From: Xanthomonas campestris pv. campestris str. ATCC 33913
GTDB lineage: Bacteria > Pseudomonadota > Gammaproteobacteria > Xanthomonadales > Xanthomonadaceae
DNA length: 32,000 nucleotides
Direction of reading: 5' to 3'
Assembly: GCF_000007145.1 (NCBI RefSeq)
Contig: NC_003902.1
Location: forward strand, 575,435 to 607,434
Part shown: piece after piece, positions 1-7,626 of the stretch
Numbering within the stretch: the stretch's first letter is position 1
Layout of the letters: the number at the start of each line of letters is the position of its first letter
Program-made: the position numbers and the translations under genes
The notes under the pieces: generated by a model
What the model was told of the DNA's origin: nothing
Databases searched by the model: none
Seen by the model: the letters and a program-made list of their open reading frames with translations, nothing else

Positions 1-290
1 CCGGCCTGTTCGAAATCGGCTTTGCCCTGGGACTCAAATACAGCGACGGCTTCAGCCGCCTGTGGCCGAGCGTGCTGACGATCGGCCTGGCCGGCGTGAG
101 TCTGTGGTTCCTGACCCAGGCGCTGAAGACCATCCCGGTGGGCACCGGCTACGCCATCTGGACCGGCATCGGCGCGCTGGGCGTGACCATCGCCGGGATC
201 GCGCTGTTTGGCGACAGCGCCTCGTGGTCGCGGCTGGCCTGCATTGGCTTGATCGTGGCCGGCGTGATCGGTCTGAAGCTGGTGTCGTAG
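1..290 (+). CDS. sugE: SMR-family small multidrug-resistance / guanidinium exporter (SugE/Gdx-like), 5' end cut by window edge
   Basis: Frame 3 is open from the window edge to TAG at 288-290. The translation [24 protein letters not shown]...[20 protein letters not shown]...IGLKLVS matches, from memory, the E. coli SugE pattern (GLKY..GFSRL, PVGTAYAVWTGIGAVG, IGLKL). The track ORF 72..290 is the same frame starting at an internal GTG. Confidence 0.85.
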   Translation, partial: GLFEIGFALGLKYSDGFSRLWPSVLTIGLAGVSLWFLTQALKTIPVGTGYAIWTGIGALGVTIAGIALFGDSASWSRLACIGLIVAGVIGLKLVS

Positions 291-558
291 TTGTAGTCAG
301 TCTGCTTCGCAGGCCTGCCTCCCGAGGTTTGCTGCGCAAACCTTGGGCCCACTCCGTCGCAGCCTATCCCCGCGCCTTTGGTGTGCCTCCCCAACAAAAG
401 GGGGCTCTGCTTCAGTGGCGTGCGCCGAGGCATGCAGCGCGATTGGGTCAGGCGGCAGAGTCGTCGTCAGACACTCATACCGAAGTCGCCGTTGGCGTAC
501 GCGGCATGGCACGCGTCTCACTGTGCGATCTGCGTGGGGATGCACGCAAGATTCTGAT

Positions 559-611
559 CGCCAGCCGCCAGCCGCCAGCCGCCAGCCGCCAGCCGCCAAT
601 CCCCAATCCCC
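559..611. repeat. Tandem heptanucleotide repeat: (CGCCAGC)x5 at 559-593, a partial unit CGCCAA, then (AATCCCC)x2 at 598-611
   Basis: Read directly from the sequence: cgccagc cgccagc cgccagc cgccagc cgccagc cgccaa tcccc aatcccc. The last base is the first base of the coq7 stop codon on the minus strand (cta, 611-613). Confidence 0.95.
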
Positions 612-1264
612 TAGAAACGGTAGGCGATGGTCTTCATCAGCTTGGAGGCCAGGGCCATCGCGCTGGGGATCGGTGGCGGCAGGATGCGTGCGCCGGCCTG
701 CTCGGCGTGATCGGCGTGGCGTGCTTCGTCGATCTTCATCACGCGCAGGATCGCGCGGCTGCGCTGGTCGGTCTCGGGCAGGGTCTCCAGGTGTTCGTCC
801 AGATGGGCTTCCACCTGCCGTTCGGTTTCCACTACAAAGCCCAGGCTCCAGTCGTCGCCACGCAGCCCGGCGACAGCGCCGAGCGCATAGCTGCCGGCGT
901 ACCAGAGCGGGTTGAACAGGCTGGGGCGGCTCTCCAGCTCGCGCAGCCGGTCCGCGCACCAGGCCAGGTGGTCGGTCTCTTCCTGCGCGGCGGTGAGCAG
1001 ATGCTGGCGGGTGTGGTCATCGCGCGCCACCGCGGCCTGGCCAAAATACAGGCCTTGCGCGCAGACCTCTCCGACGTGGTTGATCCGCATCAGCCCGGCG
1101 GCGTGCTGGCGTTGCGCAGGCGCCAGGGCGGCATCGGGAGTGTCGCCGGCGGGATTGGGGCGCTCGGCCGGCGGATTGCCGAACACCGTGTCCAGCGCGC
1201 GCTGGGCTTCGACCAGCAGGCGGTCGAGCGGGCTGTGCAGTCGGGAAGGGGGGATCTGGGTCAT
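611..1264 (-). CDS. coq7: Demethoxyubiquinone hydroxylase (Coq7 family, di-iron carboxylate)
   Basis: This is the C-terminal 217 aa of track ORF 611..1861, starting at the internal ATG at 1264 ([17 protein letters not shown]...). ExxH di-iron motifs are visible ([21 protein letters not shown]). The upstream part of the 416-aa ORF is antisense to rplM and was not called. Confidence 0.85.
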   Translation of the reverse strand: MTQIPPSRLHSPLDRLLVEAQRALDTVFGNPPAERPNPAGDTPDAALAPAQRQHAAGLMRINHVGEVCAQGLYFGQAAVARDDHTRQHLLTAAQEETDHLAWCADRLRELESRPSLFNPLWYAGSYALGAVAGLRGDDWSLGFVVETERQVEAHLDEHLETLPETDQRSRAILRVMKIDEARHADHAEQAGARILPPPIPSAMALASKLMKTIAYRF

Positions 1265-1326
1265 GTGGGGATTCTCGCCCCCGGCCGACGTGCTGCCAAC
1301 CACTGCCGGCCATGTGAGGCCTCGAC

Positions 1327-1355
1327 TTGCGCCGCGGAGGGGCGTCCCGTACAAT
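1327..1355 (+). promoter_or_regulatory. Candidate sigma70 promoter for rplM-rpsI (TTGCGC-N17-TACAAT)
   Basis: ttgcgc at 1327-1332 and tacaat at 1350-1355 with a 17-nt spacer, about 93 nt upstream of the rplM ATG. This is a sequence pattern only. Confidence 0.4.
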
Positions 1356-1447
1356 CCCGCCTCTTCTGTTTCGCCTTCACAACGCGTGGCAAAGTTCCAG
1401 CGGTCATTGCCGCTGCAATCCGCCCGACCACACTCAAGAGTTTTCTC

Positions 1448-1876
1448 ATGACTACGTTCACCGCCAAGTCCGAGACCGTCCAGCGCGACTGGTATCTCGT
1501 TGACGCCGCCGGCAAGACGCTCGGCCGTCTGTCCACCGAATTGGCTCGCCGCCTGCGCGGCAAGCACAAGCCTGTTTACACCCCCCACGTCGATACCGGC
1601 GATTACCTCGTGGTAATCAACGCAGAGAAGATCGTGGTCACGGGTAACAAGCTGAAAGACAAGAAGTATCACCGCTTCACCGGCTACATCGGTAACTTGA
1701 AGACCGAGAGCCTGGAGCAGGCGCTGCAGCGCCACCCGGAGCGCGTGATCGAAATCGCCGTCAAGGGCATGCTGCCGAAGGGCCCGCTGGGCCGCACCAT
1801 GTACCGCAAGCTCAAGGTCTATTCGGGTGCCGAGCATCCGCACGCCGCTCAGCAGCCGCAAGTTCTGGATATCTAA
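1448..1876 (+). CDS. rplM: 50S ribosomal protein L13
   Basis: ATG at 1448, in frame with track ORF 62..1876. The 142-aa product [61 protein letters not shown]... is a classic L13 sequence. Confidence 0.97.
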
Positions 1877-1878
1877 TC

Positions 1879-2271
1879 ATGGCTATCACGCAAAACTACG
1901 GCACTGGCCGCCGCAAGTCCTCCACCGCTCGCGTGTTCCTGCGCAAGGGTACCGGCAACATCACCGTCAACAACCGTCCGCTGGACGAGTTCTTTGGCCG
2001 TGAGACTGCGCGCATGATCGTGCGTCAGCCGCTGGAACTCACCAAGAACACCGAGAGCTTCGACATCCTGGTCACCGCCTCCGGCGGCGGCACCACCGGC
2101 CAGGCCGGTGCGATCCGTCTGGGCATCGCTCGTGCACTGGTCGAGTACGACGAAACCCTGAAGTCCGAGCTGCGCAAGGCTGGCTTCATGACCCGTGACG
2201 CCCGTGAAGTCGAGCGTAAGAAGGTCGGTCTGCACAAGGCGCGTCGCGCGACCCAGTTCTCCAAGCGCTGA
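1879..2271 (+). CDS. rpsI: 30S ribosomal protein S9
   Basis: 130-aa ORF starting 2 nt after the rplM stop. The C-terminus ...[14 protein letters not shown] is typical of S9. Confidence 0.97.
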   Translation: MAITQNYGTGRRKSSTARVFLRKGTGNITVNNRPLDEFFGRETARMIVRQPLELTKNTESFDILVTASGGGTTGQAGAIRLGIARALVEYDETLKSELRKAGFMTRDAREVERKKVGLHKARRATQFSKR

Positions 2272-2311
2272 TCCATCGCGTTTGCTGCGTCCCGGTTCGC
2301 CGGGATGCTTC

Positions 2312-2346
2312 AAAAGCCCCGGCAATGCTGGGGCTTTTGTCGTTTT
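2312..2346 (+). terminator. Rho-independent terminator of rplM-rpsI
   Basis: Stem aaaagcccc (2312-2320) pairs with ggggctttt (2330-2338) around a 9-nt loop, followed by the T-rich gtcgtttt. Confidence 0.8.
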
Positions 2347-2578
2347 GGGCACGTCATTTCTTGTTCTGATGGCTCGTGGCGGTTGTATCGTGCGGTGTGG
2401 TGCTGGTTTGGCCTAACGATGGAGCGTTGGTTGCCTCCGTCATGCCCATTTGGACCTGTCTGCGGCTTGCCTTCTGTTCGACTGGGGGGTAGCGGCACCG
2501 GCGCCGTTTTGAGACTGATGCAGGCAAGTCACAAATCGCATGTGGCGAAGCGTGCCGCTCTGGGATAACGGTTCTTTC

Positions 2579-2694
2579 TGGTTGCCGGTGTTGCGGAAAT
2601 CTTGACGAGGTCGCCGCTGTGGAGCGCGCGTGGGTGCGATGTTTGCGATGGGCGTTACCTGGAAAGCTTCGTCGCGCGCTAGCGCGCTCCTACA
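2579..2694. repeat. REP-like intergenic repeat module, copy 1 (left palindrome arm degenerate)
   Basis: Shares tggttgccggtgttg... and ...gcgatggg.gtta.ctgg.aaagcttc.tcgcgcgc.agcgcgctcctaca with copy 2, which lies 228 bp downstream. Weaker similarity continues to about 2730. Confidence 0.7.
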
Positions 2695-2806
2695 GATGCT
2701 TGCTTGGCCCGCACTTCCGCGCGTAGCAGCTGTAACGTGGTGGAGCACGTTGCAGCGCGGTCGTCGCGCACGAGCCGGGTGCTCTAGCCGCGTGCTGCGG
2801 GTTTTA

Positions 2807-2913
2807 TGGTTGCCGGTGTTGTGGCAGCCGTGCCCGCTTGCTTCGGTAGGAGCGCGCTTGAGCGCGATGGGGTTTACTGGGAAAGCTTCATCGCGCGCGA
2901 GCGCGCTCCTACA
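2807..2913. repeat. REP-like intergenic repeat module, copy 2, with an intact palindrome
   Basis: Inverted arms gtaggagcgcgc (2846-2857) and gcgcgctcctac (2901-2912). The GTAGGAGCGCGC-type palindrome is, to my recollection, the common Xanthomonas intergenic repeat. Weaker similarity to copy 1 continues to about 2945. Confidence 0.7.
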
Positions 2914-3052
2914 AAGTGCTTCCTCCGAAGTGCTTTCGCGCGTGTAAACACTTGCAACGCAGGCCTGCCGCGCGAGGCGATCTCGGTGAGGGCAGGTGTC
3001 GCTCCAGGCCAGCACGCTATCGTTTACGTGCAACGACGAGATGGCGCGCAAC

Positions 3053-3080
3053 AAAAAAGGCCCGATCGTTAGATCGGACC
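3053..3080 (-). terminator. Rho-independent terminator downstream of the tRNA-Met/tRNA-Gln transcription unit
   Basis: Minus-strand RNA reads GGUCCGAUC-UAAC-GAUCGGGCC (9-bp stem with one G-U pair) followed by UUUUUU. It starts 10 nt after the tRNA-Gln 3' end. Confidence 0.65.
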
Positions 3081-3089
3081 TCTCGTGTT

Positions 3090-3164
3090 TGGCTGCCCCG
3101 GATGGATTCGAACCACCGAATGCCTGAGTCAGAGTCAGGTGCCTTACCGCTTGGCGACGGGGCA
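3090..3164 (-). tRNA. tRNA-Gln (anticodon CUG)
   Basis: The reverse complement TGCCCCGTCGCCAAGCGGTAAGGCACCTGACTCTGACTCAGGCATTCGGTGGTTCGAATCCATCCGGGGCAGCCA folds as a cloverleaf. Acceptor stem is TGCCCCG/CGGGGCA, the anticodon arm is CCTGA-CTCTGAC-TCAGG, the T loop is TTCGAAT, and CCA is encoded. Confidence 0.9.
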
Positions 3165-3218
3165 ATATAAAACGTGTTGGTCCAAGAGTATCGCACGCCT
3201 GTGAGGGCCTGAACACCT

Positions 3219-3295
3219 TGGTGGCTATGGGTGGACTCGAACCACCGACCCCAGCATTATGAGTGCTGTGCTCTAACCGGCTGAGCTACATAGCC
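3219..3295 (-). tRNA. tRNA-Met, elongator type (anticodon CAU)
   Basis: The reverse complement GGCTATGTAGCTCAGCCGGTTAGAGCACAGCACTCATAATGCTGGGGTCGGTGGTTCGAGTCCACCCATAGCCACCA closely resembles E. coli elongator tRNA-Met. It has a G1-C72 pair and lacks the initiator-type GGG/CCC anticodon stem. A lysidine-modified tRNA-Ile2 cannot be fully excluded from sequence alone. Confidence 0.88.
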
Positions 3296-3308
3296 TAGGG
3301 AACCGCCA

Positions 3309-3336
3309 ATTTTACGATGGGCGGAGATGTTGTCAA
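3309..3336 (-). promoter_or_regulatory. Candidate sigma70 promoter for the tRNA-Met/tRNA-Gln operon (TTGACA-N16-TAAAAT)
   Basis: The minus strand reads cTTGACAacatctccgcccatcgTAAAATtggcggttccctaGGCTATG. It has a consensus -35, a near-consensus -10, and a GC-rich discriminator just before the tRNA 5' end. Confidence 0.6.
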
Positions 3337-3412
3337 GCATTTCGTTTTCAGCTTGTGAGCCGGGCGTCGCCGTGGCAGAGTCGGTGACAGTAGATTTTCA
3401 GGAGTCCGCATC

Positions 3413-4030
3413 GTGATCGATCCGGACGGTTTCCGGCCAAACGTCGGCATTGTGCTGATGCGTGAGGATGGTCAGGTGTTCTGGGCACGACGTGTGCGCA
3501 GGGATGGCTGGCAGTTCCCGCAAGGCGGCATGAATACCGATGAGACTCCGGTGGAAGCCATGTACCGCGAGTTGCGCGAAGAAACCGGGTTGTTGCCCGA
3601 GCATGTGGAATTGCTCGGCGCCACCCCTGGTTGGCTACGCTATCGCCTACCCAGCCGGGCGGTGCGTCGCAACGAACGCCAGGTGTGCATCGGCCAGAAG
3701 CAGGTCTGGTTCCTGCTGCAGTTCACCGGGCAGGAATCGCACCTCAAGCTCGACCATACCGACAGCCCGGAGTTCGATCACTGGCGCTGGGTGGATTTCT
3801 GGTATCCGGTGGAGCATGTGGTGATGTTCAAGCGCGGCGTGTATGCACGCGCATTGCGTCATCTCGCGCCGCTCGCCCAGACCGTGGCCGGGCCAGCAGC
3901 GGTGGGCGTGATGCCGCAGCGTGCGCTGGAAGCCTGGTTGCCGGGCAGCAGCGCAGCCGGCCACGACCGGCCGCGTAAGCGCCCACGTAAGCGCGGCGGG
4001 GTTTTGCCCGTGCGGATTAATAATGATTAA
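3413..4030 (+). CDS. rppH: RNA pyrophosphohydrolase (Nudix, RppH/NudH)
   Basis: GTG start. [56 protein letters not shown] carries the Nudix box (GGx5Ex7REx2EExG) and an RppH-like N-terminus. The tail is basic ([11 protein letters not shown]). Confidence 0.9.
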   Translation: MIDPDGFRPNVGIVLMREDGQVFWARRVRRDGWQFPQGGMNTDETPVEAMYRELREETGLLPEHVELLGATPGWLRYRLPSRAVRRNERQVCIGQKQVWFLLQFTGQESHLKLDHTDSPEFDHWRWVDFWYPVEHVVMFKRGVYARALRHLAPLAQTVAGPAAVGVMPQRALEAWLPGSSAAGHDRPRKRPRKRGGVLPVRINND

Positions 4031-4035
4031 CGTTG
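4017..4035. promoter_or_regulatory. Candidate Fur box upstream of bfd, overlapping the last rppH codons
   Basis: The AT-rich palindrome TTAAT-AATG-ATTAA (4017-4030) stands out in a GC-rich context. AATAATGATTAAC matches the core of the Fur consensus GATAATGATAATCATTATC in 11 of 19 positions in my best alignment. It lies immediately 5' of the putative -35. Confidence 0.45.
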
Positions 4036-4038
4036 GAA

Positions 4039-4067
4039 TTGACACCTATTCTCGTTTGCGGTGCAAT
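4039..4067 (+). promoter_or_regulatory. Candidate sigma70 promoter for bfd (TTGACA-N17-TGCAAT)
   Basis: ttgaca at 4039-4044 and tgcaat at 4062-4067 with a 17-nt spacer, 43 nt upstream of the bfd GTG. Confidence 0.5.
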
Positions 4068-4109
4068 CAGTCCCGGTCTCCTCCGGACCGCCAGCACCTG
4101 ACCGATACC

Positions 4110-4319
4110 GTGTACGTCTGCATCTGTAATGGGGTCACCGACCACCAGATCCGCGAAGCGGCCGAGAACGGCTGCGCCAGCCTTGCCGAGCTGACCATGC
4201 GCACCGGCTGTGGCTCCAACTGCGGTTCCTGCCTGGAAATGGCGGGCGATTTGCTGAGCCAGGCGCATGCCAGCCGCGCATTGCCCTTGCCGATGTTGGG
4301 ATTCGCCAGCGCTGCCTGA
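4110..4319 (+). CDS. bfd: Bacterioferritin-associated ferredoxin (2Fe-2S, BFD-like)
   Basis: GTG at 4110, in frame with track ORF 3921..4319. VYVCICNGVTDHQIREAAENGCASLAELTMRTGCGSNCGSCLEMAGDLL shows the C-x-C...C-x2-C arrangement and resembles E. coli Bfd (MYVCLCNGISD...). It sits directly upstream of bfr. Confidence 0.85.
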   Translation: MYVCICNGVTDHQIREAAENGCASLAELTMRTGCGSNCGSCLEMAGDLLSQAHASRALPLPMLGFASAA

Positions 4320-4542
4320 GTCTGGTTGTTGGCGTAGGTGCTGAGGCGCCACGCTTGGAGGCAAGCAGCGTCTAATCCTCTGCGGCCGTCGCGCTTGGTA
4401 ATGCCATTGGTGGCTGCAGCGACAGCAGGCCCAGCGAGTGACGCGCCAGCGGCGCGTTCCGCAACTGATCACGATTCGCGTTCCTTCATGCGCGGCGGCA
4501 ACGCGTTAGAGTGCGGCCGGCTCACTGTCTCGGAGACATCGC

Positions 4543-5013
4543 ATGAAGGGCGATACCAAAGTCATCGAGTACCTCAACAAGGTGCTCTACAACGAACTCA
4601 CTGCGATCAACCAGTATTTTCTGCACGCCAAGATGCTGAAGAACTGGGGCCTGAAAGAACTGGCTGAGCATGAGTACAAGGAATCCATCGACGAGATGAA
4701 GCACGCCGACAAGCTGTCGGACCGCATCTTGTTCCTCGAGGGACTTCCCAATTTCCAGGCGCTGGGCAAGCTGCGCATCGGCGAGAACCCGACCGAGATG
4801 TTCCGCTGCGATCTGGCGCTTGAGCGCGAGGCGGTCGTGGTGCTGCGCGAAGCGGTGGCCTATGCGGAGACCGTCAAGGACTACGTGAGCCGCCAGCTGT
4901 TTGTGGACATCCTGGAGTCCGAAGAAGAGCACATCGATTGGCTGGAGACCCAGCTGGATCTGGTGGCGCGTATCGGCGAACCGAATTATCTGCTGACCAA
5001 GCTGGACGACTAA
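4543..5013 (+). CDS. bfr: Bacterioferritin
   Basis: 156-aa [40 protein letters not shown]..., a canonical Bfr with ferroxidase-centre residues. RBS ggaga lies 6 nt upstream. Confidence 0.95.
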   Translation: MKGDTKVIEYLNKVLYNELTAINQYFLHAKMLKNWGLKELAEHEYKESIDEMKHADKLSDRILFLEGLPNFQALGKLRIGENPTEMFRCDLALEREAVVVLREAVAYAETVKDYVSRQLFVDILESEEEHIDWLETQLDLVARIGEPNYLLTKLDD

Positions 5014-5322
5014 ACGCGCTGAGGGCGGCCGTAGCTCCTACGGCTGCTGCGGTGAGGCGCTTGTGCGCGCGTGGCGTCTGCCCGCGCCCGCCCGCTGTTG
5101 CGGCTTCTCAACGTCGGCACCGTGGGCGCGATGATGGCCGCTGCACGGGCGCATCGTTATCAACCTGTGGCTGACTTGCGCGTTCGATCGCGCGTGCCAA
5201 GGCCTGGCAAAGGCGAAGACGCGGTTGGCGCTCGTTGAGAACCACGACGCTCGATTGAAGAACGACGACGCTGCGATCTTGCGAGAGAGCCGCGCCACTC
5301 AGCCACACGGCTAACCCGCCAA

Positions 5323-7626
5323 TCAGCCCGCAGCGCGACTGGCGGCTTGCAAACGGGTGACCTGGCCTAGCAGCGCCAGGCGGGCGCGGGCGTATTCGGC
5401 AATGACCAGGGCGACCATGACCGAGGGGCGTTCGATGGTGCCGGTGCGTGCGGCCAATTCGATGCGGCGGGCGGCGTTGGCTAGCGCCTGGGCGCCGACG
5501 TTGGCGCTGGAGGACTTCAGGGTGTGGGCCAGATCGCGCAGATGCATGCTGTCGCGATTGCTGGCGGCCGCTTCCAGCCCTTCGATGATGCCGGGGGCGT
5601 CTTCCAGGAACAGCTGCAGGATGCGGATGGTGTCCGCGCCTGCCACCTCGTACAACTCGTCGATGACGCCGCTCTCCAGGATCGGCAGCGCGCGCGCCTG
5701 TGCGGCGCTGGCAGCGCTCTCGGCATCCGCGCTGGGGGCTCCGGTGCTTGGGCCTGGCAACAGGGCCTGGCGCGGCAGCCAGCGCTGCAGGCAGGCATTG
5801 AGCTGTTCGCGGGCGACCGGCTTGGAGAGATAGTCGTCCATGCCCGCGGCCAGACAGCGTTCGCGGTCGCCGGCCATGGCGTTGGCGGTCATCGCCACGA
5901 TCGGGATCGGGCGGCCACCGCTTTCGGTTTCCATGGCGCGCCAGCGGCGGGTGGCGGCATAGCCATCCAGCACCGGCATCTGACAATCCATGAAAACCAT
6001 GTCGTAGCGGGTGGACTCCATGCTGCTCAGCGCGGCTTCGCCATCGGTGGCGGTGTCGGCCTCGAAGCCGAGCACGCCCAGCAGTTTTTGCGCGACCAGC
6101 AGGTTGACCGGGTTGTCTTCGACCAACAGGATGCGCACGTCGCGCGCATGCGCCACTGGCGGCGGCAGTGGCTCGGGGATCATCGCGGACGCCAGCGTGG
6201 GCGCCACAGATGGCTTGGGCTCGGGTGGCAGTACCAGCGCGCGCAGGGTTTCGTCCGGGCTCTGGCGCGGGACCAGGGTGGCGTTGGCTTGCAGTTCGTC
6301 GGGTACCGGCTCGTCGCCGTAGAGCCAGATCAGCCGTGAGCCGCTGAGGTCTTCCGGCCGTGCCAGGGCGCGATGCACGGCGCGCGCGCTGTAGCGCAGC
6401 GTCTCGTGGTCGGCGATGACGCAGCGGAAGCCTTCGTCGTCGGTGTGGCGGCGCACGCGCTCCAGCGCTTCCTGGGTGGTTTCCATCAGCACGTGCGAGA
6501 TGCCCCAGCTGTCGAGCAGGCGCTTGAGCCGCTGCGACAGGCGCGCGTCGGAACTGATCACCATCACGCGTGCGGCGTCGGCGCCGGTGGTCTGTTGCAG
6601 GTCGCCGATGACCTTGAGCAGCGGGATTTCGAACCAGAACGTGGCGCCGCGACCGGGCTCCGATTCCACGCCGATGCGGCCGCCCATCAGGTCGATGATG
6701 CGTTTGCAGATGGCCAGGCCCAGCCCGGTGCCGCCATACAGGCGGGTAGTGGAGGCATCGGCCTGGGCGAAGGAGCGGAACAGGCGCGCCTGCTGGTCCG
6801 CTGCGATGCCGATGCCGGTGTCGCGGACCTGGAAGCGCAGCAGGTGCTGGGCGCGGGTTTCGCCCAGGCGCCGCAGCTGGATGTCCACGCTGCCGCGTTC
6901 GGTGAACTTGATGGCGTTGCCGATCAGGTTGCCCAGCACCTGGCGTAGCCGGATCGGGTCGCCGCGCACCAGCAGGCGCACCGACGGTTCGATGTCCAGG
7001 CCCAGGCGCAGTTGCTTGCCTTCGGCCGTGCGCTGCATCAGCTGGGCGACACCGTCGAGCAGCTCGCGCAGGTTGAAGGTGGTGATTTCCAGTTCGAGCT
7101 TGTTCGCTTCGAGCTTGGAGTAATCCAGGATGTCGTCGACGATGCGCAGCAGCTGCAGCGAGCTGCCGGTGGCGGTCTGCAGCATGTCGCGTTGGTCCAG
7201 GCTGAGCTGGCCACGCGAGATCAGCTCCAGCATCGGGATGATGCCGTTGAGCGGGGTGCGGATCTCATGGCTCATGGTGGCCAGAAATTCGCCCTTGGCC
7301 AGCGAGGCGGCTTCGGCGGCCTGCTTGGCGCGCAGCAGTTCCTGTTCCAGTTCGCCGTGGCGCTGCAACTCCTGCTGCATGCGCGCCTGCGCGGTGTTGG
7401 TGTCGTCGAGCTGGCGGGTGAGTGCGCTCAGCGTGCGGCTGGCGCGATAAGCAGCAACAGCGGTACAGATGCCGCAAACCAGCGCGAGCACGCTGGCAGC
7501 GGTGGTGACGATCCGCCATGGCCCTGCGACGCCAAGCCACTGCAACGCCGCAGCGGATGCTGCAACCAGTGCGGCCAAGGCGACCAGCGTGCTCCAGCCG
7601 CGAAGGCCTCCTGCCCGCGCCGCCAC
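5323..7626 (-). CDS. Hybrid sensor histidine kinase (2 TM, coiled coil, HisKA, HATPase_c, degenerate receiver-like region, REC, Hpt)
   Basis: 767-aa ORF with a GTG start at 7626. H-box SHEIRTPLNG; N/G boxes GNAIKFT, DTGIGI, GGTGLGLAI; REC domain ILLVEDNPVN...MDCQMPVLDG...SKPV; Hpt domain LAHTLKSSSANVGA. The two N-terminal hydrophobic segments are separated by only a few residues. Confidence 0.9.
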   Translation of the reverse strand: MAARAGGLRGWSTLVALAALVAASAAALQWLGVAGPWRIVTTAASVLALVCGICTAVAAYRASRTLSALTRQLDDTNTAQARMQQELQRHGELEQELLRAKQAAEAASLAKGEFLATMSHEIRTPLNGIIPMLELISRGQLSLDQRDMLQTATGSSLQLLRIVDDILDYSKLEANKLELEITTFNLRELLDGVAQLMQRTAEGKQLRLGLDIEPSVRLLVRGDPIRLRQVLGNLIGNAIKFTERGSVDIQLRRLGETRAQHLLRFQVRDTGIGIAADQQARLFRSFAQADASTTRLYGGTGLGLAICKRIIDLMGGRIGVESEPGRGATFWFEIPLLKVIGDLQQTTGADAARVMVISSDARLSQRLKRLLDSWGISHVLMETTQEALERVRRHTDDEGFRCVIADHETLRYSARAVHRALARPEDLSGSRLIWLYGDEPVPDELQANATLVPRQSPDETLRALVLPPEPKPSVAPTLASAMIPEPLPPPVAHARDVRILLVEDNPVNLLVAQKLLGVLGFEADTATDGEAALSSMESTRYDMVFMDCQMPVLDGYAATRRWRAMETESGGRPIPIVAMTANAMAGDRERCLAAGMDDYLSKPVAREQLNACLQRWLPRQALLPGPSTGAPSADAESAASAAQARALPILESGVIDELYEVAGADTIRILQLFLEDAPGIIEGLEAAASNRDSMHLRDLAHTLKSSSANVGAQALANAARRIELAARTGTIERPSVMVALVIAEYARARLALLGQVTRLQAASRAAG

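Noticed and set aside
62-1876. 604-aa plus-strand ORF spanning the sugE end, the region antisense to coq7, and rplM
   Set aside because: Only the last 142 codons (from ATG 1448) encode a recognisable protein, L13. The upstream part is Arg/Ala/Gly-rich read-through typical of stop-poor high-GC DNA, and it overlaps two better-supported genes.
2579-2945. Possible CRISPR array (repeated palindromic units)
   Set aside because: There are only two copies at a period of about 228 bp. The units are about 115 bp or longer and imperfect, and no cas genes are nearby. This fits REP-like intergenic repeats, not CRISPR.
2440-3216. 258-aa minus-strand ORF in the rpsI-tRNA spacer
   Set aside because: It runs straight through tRNA-Gln and into tRNA-Met and across the REP palindromes. 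Its composition is low-complexity, and there is no start context.
5014-5322. Possible sRNA or terminator in the 309-bp convergent bfr/kinase spacer (hairpin gccgtag-ctc-ctacggc at 5028-5044)
   Set aside because: The hairpin is real but lacks a U-tract, and I see no promoter-like element or other structure that would support a discrete RNA gene. It is probably just a bidirectional stem-loop.
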